NCBI GenBank assembly: GCA_013239625.1
Contig: MU054187.1
Coordinates: 1,181,587-1,245,586, forward strand
DNA from: Lama guanicoe
Lineage: Eukaryota
DNA: 64,000 nucleotides
Direction of reading: 5' to 3'
Below, piece by piece: positions 52,636 to 63,918 of the stretch. Numbering within the stretch: the stretch's first letter is position 1; the number at the start of each line of letters is the position of its first letter. A model generated the notes under the pieces. That model ran no database searches. It was not told the DNA's origin and worked only from the letters and a program-made list of their open reading frames with translations. The position numbers were made by a program, and so were the translations under genes.

Positions 52636-54579
52636 TAGTGTTTCCCCATGGGTTTCAAAGGAAAGGTACCACCTATTTGTGCTCACTGCTGCCCCCTGGT
52701 AAGTTCTACGCGTTGATCCCTCTCCTGAACTCTTCACGTGCTGCATTTAGAATTTACTCCTTTAATCGCATGTCTCAAAGCTAAAACTCCTACTAAGAAC
52801 TGCTGGAGAGGAGACTGGGGACAGTCACACAGAGCCTTGTAGAGACTTGTGCCAGTGGAGGGAAATTTTTGAAAGTAGCAACGGAATAACTGACTTCCAG
52901 AGAGACCGCATCTTGCAAATCTCGCCATCAGAGACGCTGTCCTTGTGTTCAGACCCTGGACCTGCAGCAATCTCCATGGAGGTCCTAGTCCTACCTACAT
53001 GAGTCAGGGCCGTCCGACAACGAAATGAGCACCAAGGGCACCAGACCTGCCCCAGGGGCTCCCTGTCCTGTCCAGACAGCGTGAACCTGTGGTCGCACCA
53101 GACAAGGACCCTGGTCACCTTCCTGAGTCTCTGCATAAAGTGACCACATTAAAAAGAGACAGCTCAGGGAGAGCTCAGGATGGGTGCACGTGGGGAGGGT
53201 GAGAGGGAGAGCTGAGCTGGAGGTTTGACATAAACGAGCTTGGCTGAAGTTTTGAAATGGTGAAGTCTAGGCACTGGGAGGCCAGTATCTTCGTTAATGG
53301 AGACTTTGGGGAAAAAAGAAAGAAAAAAATTGAACATGTAACAACATGAATATTGACACCCACTTATATATCCTCATTTCTGTGCACAATGGCAATGTTT
53401 TACAACTTTGTACATAACTTCAAGCATTTTATCCATTTTCTAGGTTTGGAGGAGGAGATAATTTTTGCAAAGCAGGTGTTTTTGAAATTTTTGGAGGGCT
53501 CCTTTTGGCAGCTATCTCTCTTTCAACAATCTATCTATTTTATTCAGTAGGCTTGCAGTGGTGTTCCTACGTCTCCAGAATTTCTTTTTTCCTAAGTAGT
53601 TAATGTTGAAAGAGTCTTCCTTCTGTTTTCATGGAGTATTATCAAAACTGCATAATTAAAAATAAATAGTCACACAGAAATATAAAAAATCTAACTAAAT
53701 AGGTTGGGCAAAAATGAGTTTAGTACAAAAAGCAAAATGGATTAAGGAACTGATTTAACTTTTTAAATGTGCATTTACGTGTAAAACCAGCTGAGTCCAA
53801 ACAAATTATCAAAACATCAATAAGAGATTGGAGTTATTTCATTTTTTTTAAGTTTGATTTTGGATGTATTCTTCAAAGATAGAAAATTTCAAAATTTCTT
53901 GACAACTTTACAAACAAGCAGAATGATCCTAGCTGGCCAAAACTGATACAATATTTGGGGGAAAAAATAATATGAAAGTGCTAAAATTTCCTCCAAAATC
54001 TGAAGGCCTGCAAAAATGGTCTTAAAAGGAGGCCCTTTCTGAAAAGACAAAGGTCAACCAGGAGAGGGGTGTTCTGCCCTTGGTGTGGGGGGCCGGATGC
54101 TGGCCTCCCCTTGCGGGTACCCAGGGCAGCTGCTCACAGGCTGACCCCGAACGCTGCGTTTCCCAGTCTCGATGGGGCCGGATGTAGTCTTGCGATGGGA
54201 AGGATGAAATGTGAGCAGACGAGATGTGTTCAGCTCCTGGGTGCTGCCCCACCGGGAATTTGGATGTGGGGCCGAGCCCGACCTCCCTCAGACCACCCAG
54301 GCCGAGGGTGGCGGCGAGTTATTTCAGATGCTGTGGGATCTCTGAGCCGTGGGGCTTGGCCCTTACAGGAGGAGAAACAGTGATCCTGTTTAAGCCACTG
54401 TTAACGTTGACATTTTTAAAATATAACCAGGCACTATTCTAACCAATATCGAAAGGGGGAAGACATAAACAGAGTGGCTGTTAAGGTGTCCATCGCTGCG
54501 TGAAAACCGAGCGCACTGAAAATGAAGCCCAAGTGACTGCAAGTGCCATTCTTACTCTGGTTTTAACCAGTTTAAGCGG

Positions 54580-55310
54580 CGGGGGCAGTTCATCAGTCTC
54601 CAGCCAGTCAGGGCCCAGCGTGAAGACGGAGCGCCCGGGGAGGGCGCACGGGCGCTCAGCGCAGGGCGAGTTCCGGGAATAGCGGGCGGCGCTGTCGCGG
54701 GGAGCGGAGGGCTGCAGAGGCCGTCGGCCCTCACTCACCGGAGCATCCTGGAAATCATCTGAATAAGGCGCGTCCACGTACCGCTGCACCGTGCTTCCTG
54801 CCCTGTTTCCCACGGCTGCCCGGTCGGTCCTCCGCGCCAGCAGCCCCCGCGCGCTGCGGGGGACACAGCCCGTCCCTGGGCGCGCCTGCCCCAGACGAGC
54901 GTTTGCGGGAAGGCGCTGTGCGTCCCCGCGCGCCCGCGCGCGAGGAGCCGTGGCCGTCTGACCGCTCTCCGGGCTGCGTCGTGAAGATGAGGTCCAATGA
55001 GCAGGACTGGGCCGTTCTCAGCATGTTGACGGCAGCAGTTTCGGCTCGTTCCTCGGCATTAGGTGGAGTCACAGGAGGCCGGACCCCCAGACGGAGGCCG
55101 GGCTGGTGACGCCTGCCCCGGGAGGGCACGGCCAGCCCGCCTGCGGCCCAGGGCCGGGGCCCGCTGCTGCTGGGGCACACGTGCGGCCACAGTGGGAGCC
55201 CCGCCGTGCTGTGTGGCTCCGCCTGAGCTGGCTGAGGGCGGCCGCGTTTATGCTCCGCGGACGCCGATCGACCTGGGCGCTGCTGCTGCTCTGCGTGTTT
55301 TAAGCGGTGA
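54580..55310. promoter_or_regulatory. CpG-island-like GC peak C
   Basis: Dense CpG (e.g. cccgcgcgcccgcgcgcgagg ~54925-54945) with an abrupt switch to AT-rich DNA after ~55310. Confidence 0.7.
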
Positions 55311-55869
55311 TGTTTTCTAATAATCATATTGTAAGAAATTAATTCCATAAAAGTTTTCTTTTTTCCCTAAGACTTCTACCAAGCACTGACAAATCAGTAA
55401 GCTGCTTTATCACTGGACATAAAGATGATCACTTTTGGAAATTTGTTTATTGGTTATTGCATTATATTGTGATATGGATCAATTATTTAAAAACAGTCAT
55501 ATAGAGAAAAGCCTAAACATTTCAGGTCTGAATAGGGAAAAGTAATACGGAGACAACGAATGTGACTTTAGGGGGAAAAAAGTCTTTTTTGTTTTGTGAG
55601 AAAAAACTCTCTGTAGTTTTCCAAGAAGCTGTTCATTAAATTATCTTGTAAACGAGCCAACCGCAAAATGAAATTCTTCTCTCACAGTTCTCACTGCATA
55701 ACCTAGGAACACCCAGTGTGTGGTGTGTTCTGGGACTTACGGTACTGAAGTTGCTGGTTGGTTGTGCATCATGGATTTTCGGAAATACCTAGAAACATGC
55801 TCTTTTATTCAGTTATCATCACACTAATACTGCATAACAAAACCAGAAACTCTCGGGGGCACACACTAC

Positions 55870-56390
55870 TGTATCAGCTGGGACTCTCCAGACCACAGAA
55901 CCAGTCGGGTATCTATTACCTGTACACACACATTAAGAGAAATTCATTTCAAGGAGTTGGCGGAGTCCTTGGGCCTGGCGAGTCCGGAACCTGTAGGACA
56001 GTCTGGAGAGCAGGAAATGACTGGCCGGAGTTGGTGCTGCTTTCTTGAAGCCGAATTTCATCATCAGAGGAATGTTTGAGTTTGGCTTTTAAGGCCTTGC
56101 AACTGATTGCAGGAGGCCTACCCACATTACGTAGAATCTCATTTACTTAAAGTCAGCTGTCTGTAGCTGTTGGCCACATCTCCAGAATACCTCACAGAGA
56201 CATTTGCGCTAGTGTTTGACTGATTAACTTGGGGCCAGGATGGACCACTGGCCTGACTAAGCTGGCACATAAAAACTAGCCATCACAGTCCACCCTGGTC
56301 AGCATGGCACTGTCAACCTACTTAACCTCCAAGCAAAGACCACAAGGTCATACCTCCAACCAAGATGAAGTTAGTGTCCTTCGTACAGCC
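55870..56390 (-). mobile_element. ERVL 3' LTR (MLT2D-like, 55870-56287) with adjoining internal sequence and polypurine tract
   Basis: The LTR ends aagctggcacataaaaactagccatcaca. It is followed by gtccaccctggtcagcatggcac...cctccaagcaaagaccacaaggtcata, which resembles the ERVL-int 3' end (the PPT reads gggtggac on the minus strand). Confidence 0.8.
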
Positions 56391-58155
56391 TGAAATGCAT
56401 GGTGTCACCAGTGGAGGAGGAAGGATGCGGGCTAGATGGGACCTTCTGCTGTTTCCACGGCATGTCTGTAAATCCAAAACTGTTCCAACACAGGAGTTTC
56501 TACAGAAAAGATCTCAGAAATTTTTAAACATACAAAATTTGAACAAACTTTACTCCAGTTTTTAAGTTTATAATCACTGAGTATAGTTTTGTGATAGCTG
56601 TGAAATTGATGTTACCCAGTAAGTAAGCTATTTTGAATCTCATACTAATTCTTTTTCTGAATAAATACCTGATACTATTACCAGATATTTTCATGAAAGC
56701 TGGTGGAAAAACTGAGGGGAAAAAAAGGAAGACATGTTAAAAGTGGCAGAAAACGTGGATACAACCCCTACTCAAATATGAGATGAAGTTCAAGTGCTGG
56801 TTAAATGCCTTCATGTGTGTTTCGCTTGTTGTGTTTAGTGGCAGGAAACTGAGTCTAGAGACACCGTGTTTTATATAATCAATAAATTCTGAAAGTCTCC
56901 TGCTTATGTAGAAAAGGAATAACTTTATGTCAGAGTTGGAGATACTGACGGTTCTCTCAAATGCAATCTTTAAGGGCAATTTTGAAAAATAATAAATAAT
57001 GACAAATTTCTCATGGGCACTAAAAGAATAATTTATATCATCAAGTTATAATTTAATGACAAATTGTACTTTTATTTGCTAGTGATTTGTTGTTTCTTAG
57101 CTGTACTGAACTCAGCCTCCTCATGCCTTCCGTTCAAGCCAGACCAGGCTCAGCATCCACTCGACATATTTAAGGAACATGATATGTTACGTGGCACGTT
57201 CCACGACTGAGGAAAACAGTTGATCTCGTTTCTTTCAAAGGCAACGACAACGATCCCTTGAGGACATGTCTAGTCCACTCACACTTGCTTGACCACGTGT
57301 TCTTCACTCTCACACAGCAGCAAATGACAAAAAGAATCCAGCAGTTTTCTGCCCCAGAGGCTGAGAGGAGCAGTAGTTCTAAGGTGTATGAAGTCTTCTG
57401 TTTTGGAATTCACCACACATTTTACTTTAAAGCCTCATTTACCTAAACTATTAGATTTTGACTCGGCAATTTTTATACTGACAAGGTATATCACATAATT
57501 ATCATATAATTTAATTTCATTTAATTATCATATAATTAAAACTCCCTAAAAGCATTTTAAAAACCACCCTTATAGCACTTGTGTGCATTTAAGTGTACGT
57601 CTATCATTTGGGTATTTCAGTGACCACTAAATGGACCTGCATTAGATATTTCACACCTTGATTCATTTTAATATTACTCCCGCTGATAAATAATTCGCTT
57701 TCTCGCACCACACTGTTTGTGAATAAGCTTTAAGTTCCGGAGAGAATTATTCATGCATGTAGCTTTTAATTAAAAAGAGAAAGATTAGTCAACCTTTTTT
57801 CAAGAGATAACCACATGAAAGGCAACTTTTAATTGCTCCTTTTGAAGTCCGGTTCCCAGTTGCAAAGTTGGGTTGCACAGGGCGGTCTGGGGACGCGCTA
57901 ACCCCAGACAGAGGAGCCTGGCCCTGCCTGCGTGCCGGCCGGGGTGCGGGCTGCCAGGGCGCGCCCCCAGCCCCACGGGGTGACAGCCGGGGTGCAGACC
58001 GGCCCCTGCGTCCCGGGAGCCCGCGTGCGCGCCGCGCGGGGAGCGCGCTTTGCCCCGGGACCTGCCGAGCCCCCGCCTGTCGTCCCTGCGCGCCCCCCTC
58101 TCCCGCGCGCGACGCTGGGCTTGATGGCGTTTCTCTGTCTTTCCTGTCTTTTCAG

Positions 58156-58212
58156 ACGGCGTCCCTGGCGGTGCCCCACTAGCACATGGATTTCAGGACC
58201 GCCTGTGAGGAG
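58156..58212 (+). other. SNTG1: Internal exon carrying the SNTG1 start codon (30 nt 5'UTR + 27 nt CDS)
   Basis: Branch-point-like TTGAT at 58121-58125, pyrimidine tract tttctctgtctttcctgtcttttc, acceptor AG at 58154-58155, donor GT at 58213-58214. Confidence 0.85.
58186..58212 (+). CDS. SNTG1: First coding segment of gamma-1-syntrophin (partial CDS, 9 codons, MDFRTACEE)
   Basis: ATG GAT TTC AGG ACC GCC TGT GAG GAG translates to MDFRTACEE, matching the recalled N-terminus of mammalian SNTG1 (MDFRTACEE-TKTGICLLQ...). It ends at a phase-0 donor GAG|gtaggt. An in-frame TAG (58180-58182) lies two codons upstream of the ATG. The next exon (TKTG...) was not found in the remaining 5.8 kb. Confidence 0.85.
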
Positions 58213-58293
58213 GTAGGTGCCCTGGCTTCTGCTCTCTGCTTAGGGGAGCAGGTGGGGAGCGGGTGGGAGGGGAGGCTGCTTTGGGCAGGGGGT

Positions 58294-58376
58294 GGGGGTG
58301 CCTCCGTGTCGTGTTCCGAGTGTCACCGGAGGCAGGTGGAGGGGGTGCCTCCGTGTCGTGTTCCGAGTGTCACCGG
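58294..58376. repeat. Perfect 36-bp direct repeat x2 (period 47 bp)
   Basis: gggggtgcctccgtgtcgtgttccgagtgtcaccgg at 58294-58329 and 58341-58376. Confidence 0.95.
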
Positions 58377-59899
58377 TGTCTGCGAGCCCGGAAAGTCGCT
58401 GGGCGCCGCGGGACACCCGGGCCTCCGCCTCCTTCAGGAGGCCGGGGCCACTTGTTCTGACTGGTCGTCCTTCGCGAACCGCACGGGGCGGTTTCAGGCA
58501 GCGGAAGCCCGGGAACCAGGTCTTGTCACATGAGCGGTTGTGCGTTAGGGGACATCTAAAGCCCCTTTCAGACCTGAAGCCCTCTGATTGCGTGATTCCG
58601 ATGCTGCTGAGGTGTTTCAGTCTCGTCCAAGTGTTGACACTCGGCGGATCCCAGTGTCCAGAGCACTGTCTGCATGGTCGTGGGAGTCCAGTGGCGCTCC
58701 GTCTGGGGGACCGAGGCCACGCAAGTGTGCGGTCAGCCCTGCGGGAAGGTGGCCCCGGCGGGGGGGGGGGGCAGCCGTTCTGCTCTAGGGGAAGGATTAT
58801 CTTCTCACCCCCTTTCCACTCTGCAGGAAAGTTGCAAGGAAATATTCGTGTTACAATATTTCATAGTGGCTTAAAAGGGTTAAAATGTTTCTATTGTGTA
58901 TAAATAGCCCCGGAAAAAACAGCCATGACTGGATTACCTATGATAAAGCTTAAAAAAAGCTTCAGTATTAACATTTGTGACAATTGTTCTTTTAGTAAAG
59001 TGCCATGTGTTAAATTTGTTGCAAAAATATCTTTTAAAAAAATACTTGTTGCCGTAAGTTCAAAGTTTAGGTCTCTCAAGAAAAAAATAGTAAATTGCTT
59101 TTAATACATGGGCTCCTTTTTTATTCATTTACTTTTTTATTTTCAAAGTTTAAGCGTGGTAATACTTCCTACATGTCTCTATCTCAGCACTTTTTAAAGT
59201 GTGCTGTGTCATAGTGGTTGATTTGCAAACCTCTTGTGCACACACTGAACACCGCGAGGTCAGAGTCTATAGCTTACTCATCTTTTGATTCAGCACCTGT
59301 CAGTTCATACTTTTTAAAATAGTTAAATCAGTGTTTTGTTTTAGAAGCTTAAATTTAGGAGTGTACATTTTAATTTTGTGACATTCCTAGTTTTCAGTAC
59401 AGTAATTTTGAACATGGTAAATCCACTTCCATCAAAGTGTTATTTATGTGGTCGAGACTCACGTGGTCAAGACTGGACAGTGGCCAAGTATTTTTTTAAC
59501 AAATGATTCCCCTTGGACTTCAGAGGCTGACATAAGACTGATTTCCCAGACCTCTTTTTTAAACAAAATATTTTAATTCATTCTTAGAAACATGTATCAA
59601 ATTCTACATAAGGTTCAGGTGTATTTCGTGGTGGTGACACCACTGAGGCCTCTCACCTTTGCTTCTGTGGTAGAAGTTCTTGCTCTCCTGCAATGACCCT
59701 TTGAGGATCCCACCACTTTGAGAGTCTGTCCCCACCATGAGCAGAACTTCTCAGAACTGTCAGAGGCAGTCCTTGGCGTCTCCCACATGCTGGACAGGCT
59801 GGGAGGAGCACAGGACCATTCGGTGCTCTTGAGGATGACCACATCACCCAAAAGGTGGACCAGAGTCAACGAGAGCATCTGAAACGGACAGTCTTAGAA

Positions 59900-60080
59900 C
59901 GTTTAAGTGGACTGGCACGGCGAAGAGAATTTAGCTAAACTCTGTCACTTTGCAGATGAGCAGATGAGAGGTTTTAGGAAACGCTGAGGGCCATTTAATT
60001 AATTAGTTGAAAGCAAAGCCATCATGTGTAGCTTGGAGCTCTGGAGTCCAAGTTTGGTTCTCTTTCTGCAGTACTGCATT
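59900..60080 (-). mobile_element. MIR SINE fragment
   Basis: cactttgcagatgagcagatgagaggttttagg...agttgaaagcaaagcc. Confidence 0.55.
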
Positions 60081-63000
60081 GCTGGAAATTATATCAAAGT
60101 CAAACTTGCTTTCTCTTGATTTTCTCCTGACTGTTAACAAACGACTGGAGATGGAACCTGGGGCCCGTGTGCTTCAGACGGTCAGGATGGGAACGCGCCA
60201 GGCGGACACCTGGGGCCCCTTCTGTCGGGGAGCACAAGTGTGGCGAGAGAAGTTCTGTTTAAGCATCTCGATTATCTAAGACAGACAGTTTTTTTAAGAG
60301 TTATTTATTGTTTAAAAAACTTCTCCTCTTAAAAAGAAAAATGTTGTAGTTATTTTAGGGAATTGGGATTTAAAAGTCTGACAAGAAGCAGAAATGGAGG
60401 GAGAGAACAGAGATGGGACAAATGCAAACCCAGAACACGGAGTCACTGTCGGGCATGTCGACTGGCTCGTCTGCTTCGAGAGGTGCCATCAGAATGACCG
60501 TGTGCTCCGAGAAGCCAGCACGCTGCCTTACTCTAGGTTTTCCTCATAGTTTACTTTGCACCCACATTCCTTTAACATGACGTTGTGCGTTGACCATGAA
60601 AGGACATGTTTCTCTATAACATGTGTTTAGTAATTTAGTAACTCACGCACACATGATTTCCTTTGGTCTCTCGTATAATGAAACGTCATCTGCAACTATG
60701 ACTCAGTCGGCGGGTATGGTCAGAAATCCCACTGGGAGTAAAGACTGTGCCAGGGCCGATGGGTCAGTCATCCTTAAGAACGAGAACAGTGGTAACTTGC
60801 TGAGTCTTTCCTGAGACAGCAGTACGCAGGGTGAAGTCAGACACCATGATACGGAAGGAAATGTTGCTCAAGTCACCACCTCTGAGGCCTAAATGCAACC
60901 CTGGCGCGTTGTCAGGTGAAGGCACCTGTTCAGCGAAAGCCCTGAGCTCCAGAGCTCGTCAGGGAAGGACTTGTCTTGACGGAAGGGGTTCTGAGGGCTG
61001 CAAGGAAAAGCAGGTCTTGTACAAATGCTTGAAAATGGTTGGAATTTAGCTCAAGAGGCGGCCATGGTGGGAAGTCATCCCGGCAGGGACAGGAAGAGGG
61101 GAAACGCGGTCCTCGGCATCTGTGTGGAACGGCGCCAAGGGCGCTGCTGGCCCAGCACAGAGCAGGACAGGGCCCACGTGGCACTTACAGCTGCAGGCTC
61201 ATGGAGCACGTGGAGCCAGCACATAGAACAGGAGGACCCCTGCAGGACCATGGGCCGTGCGTGTGGGGTCTCGGCCTCCCCTCCCGCAGTTGCAGTTTCT
61301 TATGTCTGATACTGCAAACCCCACGTTTCAAGGTTAAAGGAACATAGATTTTTAAACTTTCACAAGAACACATTTTATGTTCTTTCAAAGACTAGCACAT
61401 GAAGAGGTCTTAACTTTCAAGTAGAAAATGGGTGAGCATCTACTTTTGAAATTTCCAAAGGCATTTGGTTAAAGCCAAGCACACGTTCTTAACAAGTTTA
61501 CATGTGAGGTTAGTTTTTAAAACAAAGAAGAAATCCATGTAAATTCATGAACACATTTCATTGATTTTCTGAAAACAAGTCAATGACTAGATTTCTCCAA
61601 ATGTTGCCTTTTGAGTAATTGAGAGATGATGCCTTTTAATCTTCCTCTGAGCAAAGTCTTCAATGTGGATCTTGTAAAATGCAGCCGCAGTCAATGCGGC
61701 ATCATTCATCAGGAGCCGAAAAACCACCTTTGCGTTTGTATCATTTTTGAAGCTTTAGGCACATTTCATAATCTACATACTACGTTTGTACATCACGCAC
61801 AGACCATGAGTTTCTTCCCTCGTGTGTCATGTGTACACAGTTCACAGTCTGCAGACAGATGACGGTTATGTCAACAAAGGAAAAGAAGAGGAGGACACGT
61901 CTTAACTCTGCACTAAACTGTGGGGCCGATCATCATTCAGGTGATTTGTCTTTTATTTTTAAACAACCTGGGTGCACGGATCTGTGAAGACTTTGCAGCC
62001 AGGGCTGCCTAGTTTGTGCTGCACCCGCGGCTGCTCCCAGGGTCCCATTTCCCATCCTCTCCCCTGAAGCAGTCTCTGGAGATGGGGGCCTGTAGACCAA
62101 GCCTCTCCCCATATTGCACGGGGTCCTGGGCTCTCTCAGCAGCTCGGCTGTGGCAGGAAAGTCATCCATCCGGTCCCGAGTGGTTTCTGTCTCGTCTCCC
62201 CCGCCCGACCTTGCTCTGACATGTGAAGAATGGCTGGTTGAGATGATGTCCTTCTCAGGACTCTGCACTCCCCCATAAGCAGATTCTTGGCGACCAAAAT
62301 GGTCCCCAGGGAAGGATGCTGGCCATCAGCATGACCACGTCCCCGTGCACGGGCTGGGTTTTGGCTCTTCAGGCTTTCCCTGGATGATCTTTTCTGTCTC
62401 TCTGATGTGTAACAGTGACGTATTTATGGGGTTGCAGGGAAAAGCCCCTTTCATCCACAAGCTGAGAAGAGCTTCTTTGTGATGACAGCTACCCCATGAC
62501 ACTTCTGGGGAGAAGTTGGCTTGGAATGTGGTGTACATGGAAGATCAGCAGGTGTGCTCAGCTGTGACCACTCGGCTCTCATGTCATTTCCTCCCCCCTT
62601 TTCCGTGCGCCTCAGGAAGTCCCCATGTTGGTCTCTGGCCAAGATCACATCGTCAGCGTGGGAGCCTTTTCCATGTGAAAAATGCAGAAGGGTTATACTC
62701 TGCATTAAGGAAGATGCAGTTTGCTTTTGCTGAAATGCTTTTGTCCTCTAGACGTACGTGCTTGCATTGTGCTCTCGGAGAGGCTGGTGGACAGGACTAA
62801 GGGGTGTCCAAGTGCATCGTCTCACGGAGGAGGAGCTCATGCCACCGGGGCTCCTGGAAAGCTTGTTTTTCCTTAAAAGACGTTGTAACACGTACAAAAT
62901 GATTGCAGACTAACTTAACACTGCATGTAATGTGGGATAAAGCAGTTTGCAAAGTTATCTTCGAAAGCTGCAGTGTCTAAGCAATGTCTGTGTGCAGTAG

Positions 63001-63519
63001 TAGTATGCAGTGTCCTCGCACCAGGACCCGGATGCCGGCTCCACGTCTCACTGGTCTGAAGGGAGCAAACGCCTAGCAGCCCACATGTACATTTATATTC
63101 CAAGGGCAAGTTCATATTATTTGTCTGGGAGTTTATGCCCACTAAATACTGAGGGTAAAAATGTATTTCTCTGTACTTAACCCTTTATCCAAATTAAGAA
63201 TGGCTCAGTAACTATTAGGTGAAAATGTGATTCCCAAAACATTGTTTCTGTTGTCTTTCTGGTGCAGAATAACAACCAGAGATTATATTCTGTTTCAAAA
63301 TAATTTTCCTCTGCATCTCTGATAAATGGGGCTGTTAAGTGTACTTGCTAGGCAGATTTGTCCACTTATCAGGTGAATGTTAAAACACTGACCTGCTTCA
63401 GGAGGGACGAGGTACGTGGACTTCCTCCATGACCACAAAGGTGCTGGTTCAAAGCCATGCGGTACAAGGTTGGCATTAGTTACACGCTGTTTTCACACAA
63501 TTCCTAACAATATGTGAAG

Positions 63520-63635
63520 CAAAACAGGGGAATGGGAATCAAACATCTTGGGTCTTAAGCCAGGCTCTGTCTTTAATGAGCTGGGTTAATCCAGGCAGCT
63601 GTCATCACCTTTTTCCTTGGACCCCCATCCATGCC
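63520..63635 (+). mobile_element. MIR SINE fragment
   Basis: cttgggtcttaagccaggctctgtc..aatgagctggg..ccaggcagctgtcatcacc. Confidence 0.55.
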
Positions 63636-63689
63636 AAGTGCACGTGTGCTGGTGACTGAAATGACCACACAGTGGAGGCTGAAGGTAAG

Positions 63690-63918
63690 TCGGTGTGTTT
63701 GCAGGTTAAATTCCATGAGAAAGACAGAAAACAGAGACGTGGCTGCCTCGGCCTGGAGGGCTGGGGAGGGAGGGTGTTTGGTTTCTTTTTGAAGTGATCA
63801 AATGGTCAAAAGTTGGTTACAGCAATGGCTGCATGTTGCTACACTCAAAAACACTGACTTTAACATGTTAAGGATTGTATAGGATGCAAATTGTATGTCA
63901 ATAAAATGATTACAAAAA
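63690..63918 (+). mobile_element. L1MB-like 3' end
   Basis: gacagaaaacagagacgtggctgcc...ggtttctttttgaagtgatcaaatg...aattgtatgtcaataaaatg. Confidence 0.75.

Larger units (their letters stand above)
1..58155 (+). other. SNTG1: Probable 5'UTR intron(s) of SNTG1
   Basis: Inference: the start exon has a splice acceptor, so non-coding exons lie upstream. SNTG1 is known to have very large 5' introns, and no other coding exon was recognised here. An upstream UTR exon inside the window cannot be excluded. Confidence 0.55.
57870..58780. promoter_or_regulatory. CpG-island-like GC peak D spanning the SNTG1 start exon
   Basis: Dense CpG on both sides of the exon, a G12 run at 58760-58771, and AT-rich flanks (57420-57840 and 58850-59400). 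Confidence 0.7.

Noticed and set aside
54805..54819. RFX X-box-like GTTTCCCACGGCTGC in peak C
   Set aside because: Only one half-site fits the consensus; not distinguishable from chance.
58213..58903. Continuation of the MDFRTACEE ORF (115 aa) and an overlapping 203-aa ORF
   Set aside because: Similarity to SNTG1 stops exactly at the GT donor; the remainder is intron read-through containing the 36-bp duplication.
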